Part shown: positions 26,960-39,339 of the stretch, piece by piece
Layout of the letters: each line of letters begins with the position of its first letter
Numbering within the stretch: the stretch's first letter is position 1
Assembly (NCBI RefSeq): GCF_009834535.1
Contig: NC_045696.1
Span: 67,272,001-67,336,000 of the forward strand
Source: Camelus ferus
Taxonomy: Eukaryota
Reading direction: 5' to 3'
Length of the DNA: 64,000 nucleotides
Translations under genes and position numbers: made by a program
Notes under the pieces: model-generated
What the model was told of the DNA's origin: nothing
What the model saw: the letters and a program-made list of their open reading frames with translations, nothing else
Databases searched by the model: none

Positions 26960-27340
26960 ATTTGTCAGAATGCACCAGGCTGCGACTCAATAACAAATAA
27001 GCCCTGGAATATCTCTGGCTTAACACAACAAATATTTACTTCTTGCTCATGTTACAATCCAGTGCAGGGTGGCTCTACTCAGGGGTTTTTCTAAGCCATG
27101 ATTCAAGGATTCAAGTTGTTTCTGCTTTTTAGCTACAAGAAGCATAATATTGTAGAAAGGGAGACCAAATATATGAGATATTTTTACAGGCCGAGCTTAG
27201 ACCCTATGGTTTACATCTCTTTCACTCACATTCCATTGGTTAAAACTCAGTCACACAAAACTCAGTCCTAATCTAACCCTGGGGAGGATGAGAGATGGAG
27301 CCTTCTAAGGTATTCAGGAAGAGGAAGTTGTGCAGTGAAC
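26960..27340 (-). mobile_element. MaLR (MLT1J/K-like) LTR fragment
   Basis: taacaaataagccc..atctctggcttaacacaacaaatatttacttcttgctca; tcactcacattccattgg. Confidence 0.7.
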
Positions 27341-27839
27341 TCAAAGCCACAAGAACTGATACCTAAATTAGATTACCTACCCTATTGAAAGAGGTTTTTC
27401 ACACTCAGGGTTCTCTACCTAACTGATCAAACCCACCCATAATTAAACTCTTCTTACAGTTCATGTGGTTTCACCCCCTAAGAAAATAAGAATATATAGC
27501 TCTGTGGTTTAATCATCACTTACCTCATTCTGAGACAAAAGACTTGCATACACAGTTCTGCACAAGTTAATGCTTTACCTTTAGCTTTCCACCAGGTGAT
27601 CTCCTTTCTCTTTATGGAATAACATGCTTTACTATTCATCTAAGTTTTCCCATTCTCCTCACATCTTTTGAAACTGCAGAGATCCCAACAAAACCTAGGC
27701 TCAGATAGGGATGTCTGACCATGGGAAGAAATTCAGAAGATTTCAAAACCCTGAAATCAATTGACCCACATCATTGATCCTGACCAGGTGTGCTTCTCAG
27801 GCTGTAATTTAGAGGAAACTCCCTGAGCTCTCTTAACAT

Positions 27840-28220
27840 TTTTGCCTCTCCAGCTCCATTTAGCCAACCAACCCTCATTCATCTTTCAGGTCTAAACCTA
27901 GGTATCACTGTTTTCTGGAAGACTTTCCTGGCCTCCAAAGTCGGTTTGGATGTCCCTTTTATGTAAGCTTAAACTACACTGCTCTTACCTTTCTCACAGT
28001 ATTTGCCACACTCTGTGTTATAAGCATCAATTGGTGGGGGGTGGGGGTGGCAAGTAGACAGGTAATCAGTGTTCCTTGCTGAACTATAAGCTCCTTGACA
28101 CACAGAGTGAGTTGTGGTGGCAGTGATGATGGTGGTGGGTTGTGTCTCTATCTCCTAGGGCCATTTAGATCCTCAAAAACATGTCTGTTGAATGAGTGAG
28201 TAGATGGATGCATGAATAAG
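27840..28220 (+). mobile_element. L2 3' fragment
   Basis: cattcatctttcaggtc...actataagctccttga...gttgaatgagtgag tail. Confidence 0.65.
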
Positions 28221-30309
28221 GAAAAGTAGTAGCTAAATAAATTTCAGATTCCTTTAAGGGAGGACAAACAGTGTTGGCAATTGGTGATCACAACTGAAAC
28301 TCATGCAGATGGGAATAAGAAAGTTTCAGAAGAATGAACTTTGGAAAAGGGAGGTGACTTTCCAGGCAAACTTAAACATCTCTTCTTTCACAAAGCTGGC
28401 TCTGGTCACCTCAAATTAGAAGTGATCATATTCCAATCACAGCACATATAATGCTTTGGGCTTTTCTTATAGCACTGAATATACGTGACTTTGTGTCATA
28501 GTGTCTTTGTCTTATGGTTCTAAATAGATGGTGAACTCTTAAAGACAAGGAATGGGCTCTGTTTCAGTATATTTCTCAATACTTAGTTCACTGCCCTATG
28601 CATAGTGGGACTCCTGAATATGTGTTGTAGATATTATGTCCCATAAATGCATGTTGAATTCGGTGTAGATACAACATACAGCAGAATTTTATATCTGAAC
28701 ATACAATAGGATTTTATATCTTCAAATCTGTCCTCATGTGTCCATATTGATTCAAATCTTACCTTAAAGTCTCTGTTCCTAGTCTGTCTCCCATTTCATT
28801 TAATTGCTTAAGAAGATCAGTGACAAATACTTAAGAGACAACAAAGTAGATGCATGACTTTTGGCAAATTCTTACTCCCTGTGTTTTATTATTCTCTTTT
28901 GGAAGTAGAGGATAGCAGTCCTTTTCCTGGATAAATCACAAGGTAGTGTATAACTCAAATTGAATATTGTTTATTATCACACTTGCAGTATAGAAAAGTC
29001 TTTTAACCATTTTACAAGCCTCTCTACAGGTCACTCTAAGGCAGACTAGCTATTCTCCTTGAGGGAACAGACCAGCAGACTCTTGTGATAATAAAGCTTC
29101 TACTATCATAAGACTTACTCCCAATCCACCAAGCTGTTCCTTTGTGTATCGTCTGGGACCAAGGTGGGCAGTTTAGCTTTTGCCTATAAAAGACTCAAAC
29201 AGATAATTAAAGGAATCCATATTATACTGTAGACCAAACATCCTCTTGTTAGTCTGAATTGTTCCTATTAGCATCATTCCATCATTCAGTACATATAGAG
29301 ACAATGAGATAAATGTCAAAGTAAAGATTACTAAAAAGAAAAATGCAGTATGAAAATGTTCCAGATTTGAACAACAATTTCAATCTGTTATCAAATTCTC
29401 AAGGAGAAATCCAGGTCCAAAAATGAATGTCCTTTCTCACTGTAAGTTTTGTGCCATGAAACAAAATCATCCCTATGCTTTTTTTCTTTTTTCATTTCAT
29501 CCAGAGTGTCGGATGGCTCAGAACCCTGGACAGAGCCTGAGTTCCTGTATCATCCTCAGCCTGAACTATCTAATAGAATAGGGGTAGTTCCTTAAATGCT
29601 TTTCAAATTAAATTAATCTAAGCAAGATTTTCTCTTGCCCCACTAGCTAAAAACATCAGGAAGTTAATAGATATAAATATTATCACAATGCCTGCTCCAC
29701 AACCTCAAAATATATTAAAAAAAAAAAAAAAAGCAAAAATCCCAGCCCTTAGAACAAAGATCTCAGTCAAAATGATGCCCTAGATCTCAAGGTATGGAAC
29801 ATTAAGACACACATAGCTGTTGTGAAGACACAAGCAGACAACCAGGATACCCGAGTAAAGGGGAGTAAAGAGAAAAAATAATATCCACACCTTTTAGCTG
29901 TACCAGTCTCTTGGTCCCGAGTCTACTCTGGATAAAACGTGAAACTTATACTTGGTGAGAATAAAATATCTTATCATTATATTAAGAATAAGGATATTTA
30001 CCCTAATTGCATGTGGGAAGAATGTACTTGTGTATACTCTCAACTTTTCTTCAAAGAGTGAGTGACTTTTCTTGCTTTTTTTTTCAAAGTTTAGAAATTT
30101 TCAGTGGTAACAGCTGCAGGCATCAGGTCATTGTTGAGTTTGTTTGTTTTAGTCAATCCAACATATTAAGCCTCTAAAAATATCCAGCTCTACTTTGCAC
30201 CCATGCTCCTGGTACTTCAGCATTGGGTTGGGAGTGACAGCCGCCACATCCCCTTCTGAGCGAGCATTCTAAGCATAGTGGCTATTGCCACTACCTCTGG
30301 CAAACACTG

Positions 30310-31178
30310 AGTGTCTGCTATTTTTGCAGTAAGCACCTTTGCTACAGACATTTTTGCCACAAACATTACACTGCATAAAATCGGCCTTACGGCAACTTTT
30401 CTGTGAAAGATAAAATAACTGGTTGATGGTTTTTGGTTTGACAGTTTGGTTTCAGCTGGTTGAAATGTGTTAATATTTCTTCCAGTTAGTGACATTATTG
30501 ATGGTTTTAGCGAGCTGACAGGTGACAATGGTTTGCACCAAGAGTTGGTTTCTTATTTTGAAACACACTGCATTGGAGGAGAGAGGCTGCAGGCCTCAAG
30601 GATGCAGAGTTGAACCCACATTTCCCATAGAACTCTGGAATGTTTGTCAATAAACATGTGACAAGATGCCAAGAACAAACATTACAGATTCTCACAATGC
30701 AATTCGAAGCTCCGTTACAAACATGCATTCTAGTATTTGGAAGCTGATATCTTTCTTAATGAAGGAAGAAATTTTAGCAAAAAAGAAAAAGTGTGATGTC
30801 AAACCAGAAGACAAATCAATAAGCAAAAAAAGAAAGTATAAATACTACAAACAAAAGACTTGAAAGACAAATGCTTAGGTACAAGCCACAAAATAAAATC
30901 AGTTTTTTGCTCTGTAGTGCCATGAGTCTCCACAAGTTTTAACTGCATTCAAATGTTTTATATTTCACAACTAAGTCTTTTTAACTCTGCTATTCATTTC
31001 TCATGTTTCACTATGTCCTTCTTAATTCCCTGTCTTATTTTTCATTATCTTATCTTCTATGGCAGAATTGTCTTATGGCTAATTAGCACAAATATTTATA
31101 GCACTAATATCTACAGCACAAATATTTATGGCAAAAATGCTGGCAGCAAAGATGCTTATGGTAAAAGTATCTAGAACC
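30310..31178 (+). mobile_element. Non-autonomous Mutator/MULE (MuDR superfamily) DNA transposon with a transposase C-terminal remnant
   Basis: Perfect 9-bp TSD caaacactg (30301-30309 and 31179-31187); ~58-bp imperfect TIRs (~70% by ungapped hand alignment); 15-bp subterminal units; disrupted frame FLPVSDIIDGFSEL..ELVSYFETHCIGG / EPTFPIELWNV..MPRTN..HNAI..MHSSIWKLI..EE / RLERQMLRY..ISFL..AMSLHKF*. Confidence 0.9.
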
Positions 31179-31187
31179 CAAACACTG

Positions 31188-31236
31188 ATATTTGGGAGTT
31201 TGTTACAGCAGCTGGTATCTCTTACGCTTACTAATA
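31188..31236 (+). mobile_element. MLT1-type LTR 3' terminus (target of the MULE insertion)
   Basis: (cactg)atatttgggagtttgttacagcagctgg...tactaata matches the MLT1 end ccactgagatttgggg..tgttacagcagct. Confidence 0.6.
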
Positions 31237-31539
31237 ATAAAGTCATGATGTCATGAGTTCTGAGTTTTCCAATTGCATTTATGTTCAATCATCTGGTCTG
31301 CCCACATCTCCCAGCATCACATGGTCACATTTTGAACATATTGTTTCATCAGATCAGTATTTATATCAAGCCTAGACACCACCTCTTGTTGACTTCCTGG
31401 ATTTTCCTTTTTGTCCCTGTGTCTGGCACAGTTAAAATGCCCTTCCAGGTTTAATGTTTTCTTACTTGTCTCCCAGATACTTGGCTTGCTCATAGGGCGC
31501 TCAGGATGCCACTGCAGTCTCCAACATCTCACCTGCTGG

Positions 31540-32000
31540 CATGGCCTCCATTGCACCTGCTGTGGCTGGAACCAGAGTAGCTCCAGAAGCCAGACTCTAG
31601 GACTGGGACCTGGTCCAACTCACAAAGATGCTGGTTCCTTCTACCACTCCAGAACTTGGAAGCAGTGCTAACTCATAGGGCATGGAAACTGGCTTCCCCA
31701 AGGACTGCCCCTTTAAAGGGGCCAGGCGATGCAACCTAAAAATGCAAGGATTTCTCTCTATAATGAGAAGTTTGACTATTGAGTGACAGGTGGTGCTAAA
31801 TTGCTGGCAAATAAATTCCTCTTGGCTCCTCTTTCCAGAGATGGTTCACATGATTGGCTAATCATTGGTGATTTTTATGAAGATGTAGAGAGTTCAGTAA
31901 CTCCCACCTTGTATTTGCTTCCCTTCTTTTCCTCTTCACCCTCTTTCCCTTCACTCTCTCTGCTTGAGATTGTACCTCCCAGCAAAGTATTTGCCTCGGT
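31540..32000 (+). mobile_element. Old ERVL-class LTR fragment
   Basis: gcaaataaattcct..., ttgcttcccttcttt...gagattgtacctcccagcaaagtatttgcctc; family uncertain. Confidence 0.45.
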
Positions 32001-32139
32001 TAAAGGAAGTAAGACTGAACTGGAGAAAGAGAGATTTCCTTAAGGAAATGTTGGAGACCTTGGAGGACCAGCAAGTTGATATGAAAGGAAAAGGAGATCC
32101 AGCCAAGCCTAACTTCTCTTTGAGAAGAATATTTTTAGT

Positions 32140-33298
32140 GTTTTTTAAAATTATTTTTATTTGAAATTGTGATAAGTATGTAGAACATAAAATTTACCAT
32201 GCTATAGCCGTTTTTATTTATTTTTTCCTCTTTTTTTCAGTTTTATTATGTAGAATTATTAGTTGGACTGCACATACACATTATATTGCATGTAAATACA
32301 TATATACAGTAGTATACTGCACATTTTTTAGTTTATATATGTGTACTAATTATTGTTTCTAAGAACAGATTAGAGCTTTAGCTTTTTAAACTTACATAGG
32401 TGTCAAAGGAATAAAGCCAACTACAAAATAAGAATCAACAGAATGCGGTAATGCAATCATAAAGGACAGTCAAATGTGCTTACGCATGTTCGAGAGATCA
32501 GTCATCTTAGTTATAAATAATAAGTAGTTCATTTGTGTCCTTATTATTGTTGTTATTATGTTTTAGATTCCTCATATAAATGATGTCATATGGCATTTTC
32601 TTTCTCTTACAACCATTTTTAAATGTACAGTTCAGTACAGGTAAGTACATTCACATTGTTGTACAACCAATCTCCAGAACTCTTTTCATCTCATAAAACT
32701 GCAACTCTACCCTCATTGTAGAACTCTCTACTCCCCTCTCTCCCAGCCTCTGACAACAACCATTCTACTTTCTGTCTCTATGAGTTCAACTCTTTGAATT
32801 CTACATATGAAATCATACAGCATTTGTCTTTTTGCAACTTTGCATGATGTCTTCAAGGTTCATGCGTGTTGGAGCATGTTTCAGAGTTTTCTTTTCTTCT
32901 TAAGGCTGAGTAATACTCCATTGTGTGTATATACTACACATTGTTCATTCCTTTACCTGTCAGTGGACACTTGGGTGGCTTCCACCCTTTGGCTATTGTG
33001 AATAAAGCTTCAATGAACATGGTGTACAAATACCTCTTTGAAACCTTGCTTGTTTATACCCAGGAGTAGAATTGCTGGATCATCTATTAATTCTATGTTT
33101 AATTTTCTGAGGAACTGTCAAGCAGTTTTCCACAGTAGCTCCCCCATGTTACATTCCCACCAGCAGTGAGTGTACAAGTGCTCTAATTTCTCCTCATCCC
33201 TGTTTAAACTTGTTATTTCTTTCTTTCTTTATTTTATAGTAGCCAACCGCGTGGGTCTGAGGTGGAATCTCAGTGCGGTTTTGATTTGCATTTCCCTG
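32140..33298 (-). mobile_element. L1MA/L1MB-type 3' end, interrupted at ~32211-32607
   Basis: aacataaaatttaccat...tgtacagttcagt..aagtacattcacattgttgt...aggctgagtaatactccattg...ttttgatttgcatttccctga. Confidence 0.9.
32216..32607 (-). mobile_element. Nested retro-insertion: short L1 3'UTR start joined to ~290 bp of non-canonical sequence plus an A-tail
   Basis: 32525-32607 matches L1 (ttttagattcc..catat..gatgtcatatgg; gttcatttgtgtc); 32240-32520 does not resemble the other L1 tails in this window; degenerate TSD 32202-32215 / 32607-32620. Confidence 0.65.
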
Positions 33299-35514
33299 AG
33301 AGGATTTTTTTTAAAGAGATTTTTTTAGTTAGTAGATTCAAATAGGTAGTGAGCCCAAGGAAGTCTCACAGAAAAAGAGAGGGATGGTGATAAGAGTTAG
33401 AACTCTATTGTTCTCTCCTTTGTCCCAGAACTGAATGCATTTCCAAATAAGATAAAGAGTAACAGAATTAAGCCATGTTGATATAATGCTAAATGCTAAC
33501 ACCTAATGCAATTTAGACACCATGTCTCGTCCACTGTAGCTTTGTGGAATTAGCTTTAGTTTTTGTAATTTTAAAGTGCAGACCTACAGTCCTGGAAACA
33601 TATGCAGTGCAGGGAACCACTGGTGAATTATTAATACTTTAAAGGCTTGTATAATGAAGCACAACTGCATTGTACAAATCCATGCCTTCTTTGGTCCAAG
33701 GTAATCTGTAAATGTCTATACAAGAGGAAATCCAGCATATGGATAAAACATAAGCCAGTGCCAATCACCTAGGTCAAATACACAAGAGAATTTGGCTTAC
33801 CAAAGTATCAAAGCCTACACTAATTGACTTAGTTACTGTGTAAGGCCCAATTGCTCCTGGAGGTCAGCCTCCAAATATTAGCCCTTGGGACAATTTCTCA
33901 AGGTTCCCAGCCCATGTGCCAATATGTTGGATTTCACAGTGGGAGGCAATATGTAACACTTCTCTCTCCTCTCAAAACCTGATCTATTTGAGAAATAACT
34001 CAGGAATGATCAAAGATGAAAACATCAGTTTTACCATATAGAAATGGCTTATCTTCCTCCTCAGCTTCATGCTACAGTCCTGAATTGAACACATACAGCC
34101 TGCCTCAAGCAGAGCTGGAGAATATAACCACAAGCTCCCACAAAATAGAAGGCATGTCTGTCCTGTACTCAAGTCTCTCCAAGGGTAGGTGACATGGAGC
34201 AAAGATAAGTGCTCTCTTCCCTTTTGCAAAAACAGAAATCTCTAAGAAAGTCACACAGTAGAATTAGAATTCTCCTTACATCTTCCTTCAGCCATAGTTA
34301 TGGTTTAGCTCAGTGGTCCTCTTATAGTTGAAATTTTTCCCTGAATCTTACAGTCCCTCAAGGTTATAACTGAGGAATCCGGTTAACAATCTATTTGGCT
34401 CTCATGTACCTCTATAATCTATCTAGAGTTTCTGTCACCCACCTTTATGGGCCAAGTACAAGGAATCAAGGCCTAGACAAAGTGAATAATGGGATACTGG
34501 ACTCCCTCTCAATGAAACAGGCCAAGAGTGAATCTAGTATTGGCATCACTCGTCCTCTTCTTCCTGACGGTCCATCAAACTGTTATTTGGGGGAAACTGG
34601 AATGGAAAACTCTTACCCTATGTGTCATTCATGGAATAAACTCAATAATCTCACTCTTCCAGACTTGAGCTCGAGTTATTTAAAGAAGAGATTTGGAATT
34701 AAAACATACATACACTTTACTTTCTCGAAGTATTATCTTTGTTCTTTAAGAAAAGTTATCTCCTTTGCCTAAATGGTTGGGAAAGGGCTCTGGAAAGCAT
34801 AAGAAAGATAAAAGCATTTCCCGCTTTAATATCCAAATAGAATTTTGCTGTATATCACACTAGAAGCTTCCAGTTGATAAAATGTATCATTTTTACTTTT
34901 AATTTAAATATTCTATAACAACCATGTATTACCTTTAAAATCAGAAAAGGACACTAGAGCATTTTTTAAAAAATAGAGTGTAGTACTATCACTTGGAGAA
35001 GTTCATGTAAGAAGAAAATTATCAGATTTTATAGGGTACAATTTCCTCACCTATGAAAAGGGAGAAATACTAGTACCTACTGTCTAATTTTTGAAGGCAA
35101 AAACATAACCAGAGTACACAGCACCTACATGTCTGGCACAAAGTTTGTGGCCAAGAAATTGGTTTCCTTCCCTCCAAAATCAGCACAACTTGCCCTAGAA
35201 GTGGTGCCATTGGAGTTGCAATCACTAGTGTTCTCCCCAAACACCCCACAGTAAAGTTATCTTGATATAAACTCCATAATAAAATGTTTTTGGTACTTTA
35301 GCTATCTGCCAGATATGTGAAAAAAAAAAATTAACAAATCCAGACAAATATCTGAATTGTTTTCATCACAAGAAATACCATTTAAGCAAGAAATAATACC
35401 AATTCTACTAAAATTCTTCTAGAATATAAAATAGGAGGGAACATTTCCTAAATAATTTCATGAGACCAACAGTATCCTGATACCAAAATCAGACAAGAAG
35501 AAAAGATAGAAAGG

Positions 35515-35580
35515 AAAAAAAAAAAAAAAAAAACAAAGAAAGAAGGGAGGGATGAAGGAAGGAAGGAAGGAAGGAAGAGA
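35515..35580. repeat. A-run and (GGAA)n low-complexity tract inside the L1
   Basis: Directly visible. Confidence 0.85.
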
Positions 35581-37630
35581 TAAAATCATATAGCAATATC
35601 TCTTATGAACATAGATGCAGAAATTTCAACAAAGTACTATTAAATAGACTTTAATAGTGTTTAAAAAGGACTCAATTATCCTTTTTATATTCATCATGAC
35701 CAAGTAGAGTTTACCAAAAGAATGCAAGGCTGGTTCGACATTTAAATATCAGTCAGTGTAACTCATCATATCAACAGAATAAACAACAAAAAATAACAGA
35801 GAATTTTTTGACAAAATCTGACACCCATTTTGAATAAAAAAAAAAACAACTCTCAGCAGAAAAGAGAGCTTCTACAACCTGCTAAAGAATACCCACAAAA
35901 GAGCTAAGCTAGCATCATTCTTAATAATAAATGCTTTCCTCCTAAGACCAGGATCAAGACAAGAATGTCTGTTCTCACCATTTTTATTAAATATTATACT
36001 GAAAGTACAGACTAGCACAGCAAGGCAAGAAAAGAAGGCATATGGGGTGGAAAGGAAGAAATAAGAGTCTCTATTCATAAGAAACATAATTGCCTAAAGA
36101 GAGAAACTCAAAATGTACCCAAAAAAGCTACTAGAACTAATACATGATGGATAATTAGAAACTTAAATTTTAAAAGTCCTATTTACAGTAGCAGCAAAAA
36201 GCATGAACTGCTTATGTATATATCTTTATATCTTTCAAATTATCTGCAAGATCTTTTTGCTAAAAAGTATACAACATTGATGAAAGAAATCAAAGAAGAC
36301 CCACATAAATGGAGATATATACTGTTTATGGATCAGATTAGTCAACATTGTTAAGAGGTTAATTTTTCCCCAAACTGATCTACAGATTTAATGCAATTCC
36401 AGTCAAAATCCCAGTAGAATTTTTTTTTAGAAATTGACACACTGAATCTAAAATTTACAAAGAAAGGCAAAGAAACAAGTAATGTTGAAACAATGTTGAA
36501 AAAAGAAACAAAGTTAGAAGATTTATACCCCCTAATTTTCAGACTTACTATAAAACTACAATATTGTATATAGTCCATTATTATAATAGTCAAAAGATAG
36601 TCTCTAAAAGGTATCAGAGAAAGGTTAGACTTATAAATTGACAGAACACAACAAAGAGTCCAAAAACAGATCCACACATGGTCAGCTGTGCTTCAAGGAA
36701 GGTACAAAGGCAGGTCAACAGAGAGTCATCTGTTTAACAACTGAATGTCCACTTGCAAAAACAAAAACAAAAACAAAAATAAATCTAGGGCCCTTTGCAC
36801 CTATGTAAAACTTAACTCAAAATGGTTCATAGACTTGAATCCCAATATGATAAAACTTCTAAGAAAATAAGTGTGTTGGGGGTGGAGAAGAGGGGGACCT
36901 TTACATCTCTGGAATATGCAAAGAGTTCTTAGATAAAGCATAAGCCATAAAAGAAACTTTGATATATTGGACTTCATCAAATGTAAGAACTTCTGCTCTT
37001 TACAACATCTGGTAAGAGCCTGATACAAGGCATAGATTGGGAGAAAGTGTTTCCAAGTGATTTGTATGATCATGGACTTGTAGGCAGAATACATTAAAAA
37101 AAAAAACAACTCTCAAAATTCATCTACTAAATAAAAAAACAATTTAAAATTGTATAAAACATTAGAACAGATAATTTACGAAAGATATAAAAATGGCAAA
37201 TAAGTCATGCAGATTAAACCAAAATGTAATACCTTTACATACTTATTAGACTAACAAATTTTTTTTAAAAAATTGGTAATATAAAATAGAGCAAGTAGGA
37301 CTCCTCATACATTGCTGATGAGAATGTAAATTGTTACAGCCAATCTGGAAATCCATTCGGTGGTATCTTACAAAGTTAAACATAAAGCACACAATATAGC
37401 AACCCTATTCCTAGGTCTTCACCCAAGTAAAATGAAAACCTATGGCCACACAGAAACCTGTAGGTAAATGTTGATAGCAGCTTTATTTGCAGTCACCCAA
37501 AACTGTAAACAACCATGATGGGTACATACAATCAAATACTACTCAGTAATTTAAAAAAAAAAACTATCGATACATGCAACAACACAGATGAATTCCAAAT
37601 GCATTATTCTAAGTGAAAGAAGCTAGACTT

Positions 37631-37900
37631 AGAAACAAACTTATGGTTACCAGGGAGAGGGGAAGGAGGTGGGATGGGATAAACTGGGAATCTGAGATTT
37701 GCAGATACTAATATATATAAAAGAGATAAACAACAAGGTCATACTGTATAGCACAGCAAACTATATTCAATATCTTGTAGTGACTCTTAGTGAAAAGAAT
37801 ATGAAAATGAATATATGTATGTTCATGTATGACTGAAGCATTGTGCTGTACACCAGAAATCGACACAACATTGTAAACATAAAACATAAAAAAGAAATTT
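37631..37900 (+). mobile_element. Younger camelid-type L1 3' end nested in the old L1
   Basis: aaacaaacttatggttaccaggg...gagatttgcagatacta...gactgaagcattgtgctgtacaccagaaatcgacacaacattgtaaac. Confidence 0.9.
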
Positions 37901-39339
37901 AAAGGCTTCAACAGTTTTTTTTATTCCATTTATATGACATTCTTGAGAAGCCAAAACTTTAGGGAGAAAAACTGATCACTGATTTCCAGGGAAGAGGGAT
38001 TGACAAGAAAGCCACACTGGGGGATCTGGGGGGTGAGAGACTGTCCAGGTCATGATTGTGGTGGTGACTGCAAGACTAAATGTTTGCCAAAACTTACAGA
38101 TCTGTATACCAAAAGGATGAATGTTACTATTTGTAAATTTTACCTTAATTTTTTTAAGTGAGAAAAAAGTAATTTTTGATTGTACATGAAGTATGCCTCA
38201 GTCTACAAACTCAGGTATACTCTCAACTTTCATTTTCCATAATTCAAAGTAATATTTCTACCCTGAGTTTCAATTCTGCTGGGTAGATGGACAAACATTG
38301 TCAATTCTTCCTGAGATTCATCCCCCTAACCTGTCTCTCCCAAGCTTATGCCGTAGTTAGGATTCCAGATGCAGTAGCAGGGTGAGAGGGCAGTTAGTCG
38401 AGCTCTAGTCCCAAGTCCACTCAAGCTTCTTCATCCAGTGTCCCGTGTTGCACAGCTCATTATATCTGGTAAGCCTCACTGTTTCCCTGTCACTCTTGGG
38501 GAAAGGGAATTTTTCTTGCAAGGCTGCTGCATATCAGTTTTCAGATTGTATTCCGTGCATGAGGCAGCCATTTCCTCTGCAGGATCTCGTTACTGCCCCA
38601 TCAGCGCTGCTGGGAAGTCAGGGGCAGGGTCCTTCTCTCCGGACCACAGAGCTCTCTGAGTCATCCTTTTTCTTTCTCCTTTTTCTTGTCTCCCTCCCCC
38701 TCCTCTCCCAATCCACACACCCTCACAAGCTTACACTGTGCCCAGAGGAATACTCTGCTCTCTCCTCTGCTTGTTTCTGCCAAAATACTTTTGTCTCTAT
38801 CCTTAAATACCGACTTCTTACCTTCTCCACAAAACTCTCAAAGTTCCCCTGAGGGCTTAGGCTTTTCCATGACAAATGTCAGAAAACCTAGCAGGCTATT
38901 TCTGAGTTCAGCCCTTTCCTTGCCTCCCTGCAGGCAATCAAGTACTGAGTTAACTTGTGGGGGTGCAGAAAAGGCACGGAGCAATGGAAACACTGGTAGG
39001 AAAAAAAAACATAAGATTGATATCTTAAAATATTACTCCATCTCACTTGGATAAAAAATTTTAAAGGTGCTACCTTTATTGCAGTTTCCTTTACAGGAAG
39101 ATGGACAGACCCAAGCAAACTACATCATTTTACAAGGTATCATAAATGCGGGTTTTGATCTGACATGGTTAAAATGATGTTATTATGTTACAAAAGTATG
39201 CTATTATACGGAATGCAAAGCAGAAAGATTTTTGAAAGTAAGGAATAATATGTGAACCAATGAGTGAAAAAGAATGAGCATAAAAATCATACTAAGAAAA
39301 ACTGTGGGTCTATCAGCACTCTGGACAATTATTCTGAAA

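Larger units (their letters stand above)
35340..38155 (+). mobile_element. Long degenerate old L1 (L1MB/L1ME-type): ORF2 RT region through 3'UTR
   Basis: ctgataccaaaatcagacaa, atgcaaggctggttcgacat, ttctcaccatttttattaaatatt (LSP..FNI), gatctacagatttaatgcaattcc, ctaagtgaaagaagc, ccatttatatgacattct; many stops and indels. Confidence 0.92.

Noticed and set aside
30666..30863. 65-aa ORF as a domesticated transposase
   Set aside because: Only a fragment between an upstream stop/frameshift and a downstream frameshift; catalytic core absent
30953..31174. ORF with STNIY peptide repeats
   Set aside because: Translation artefact of the 15-bp MULE subterminal repeats
36351..37109. 108-aa and 102-aa hydrophobic minus-strand ORFs
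   Set aside because: Antisense to the A-rich L1 ORF2; hydrophobicity reflects T-richness
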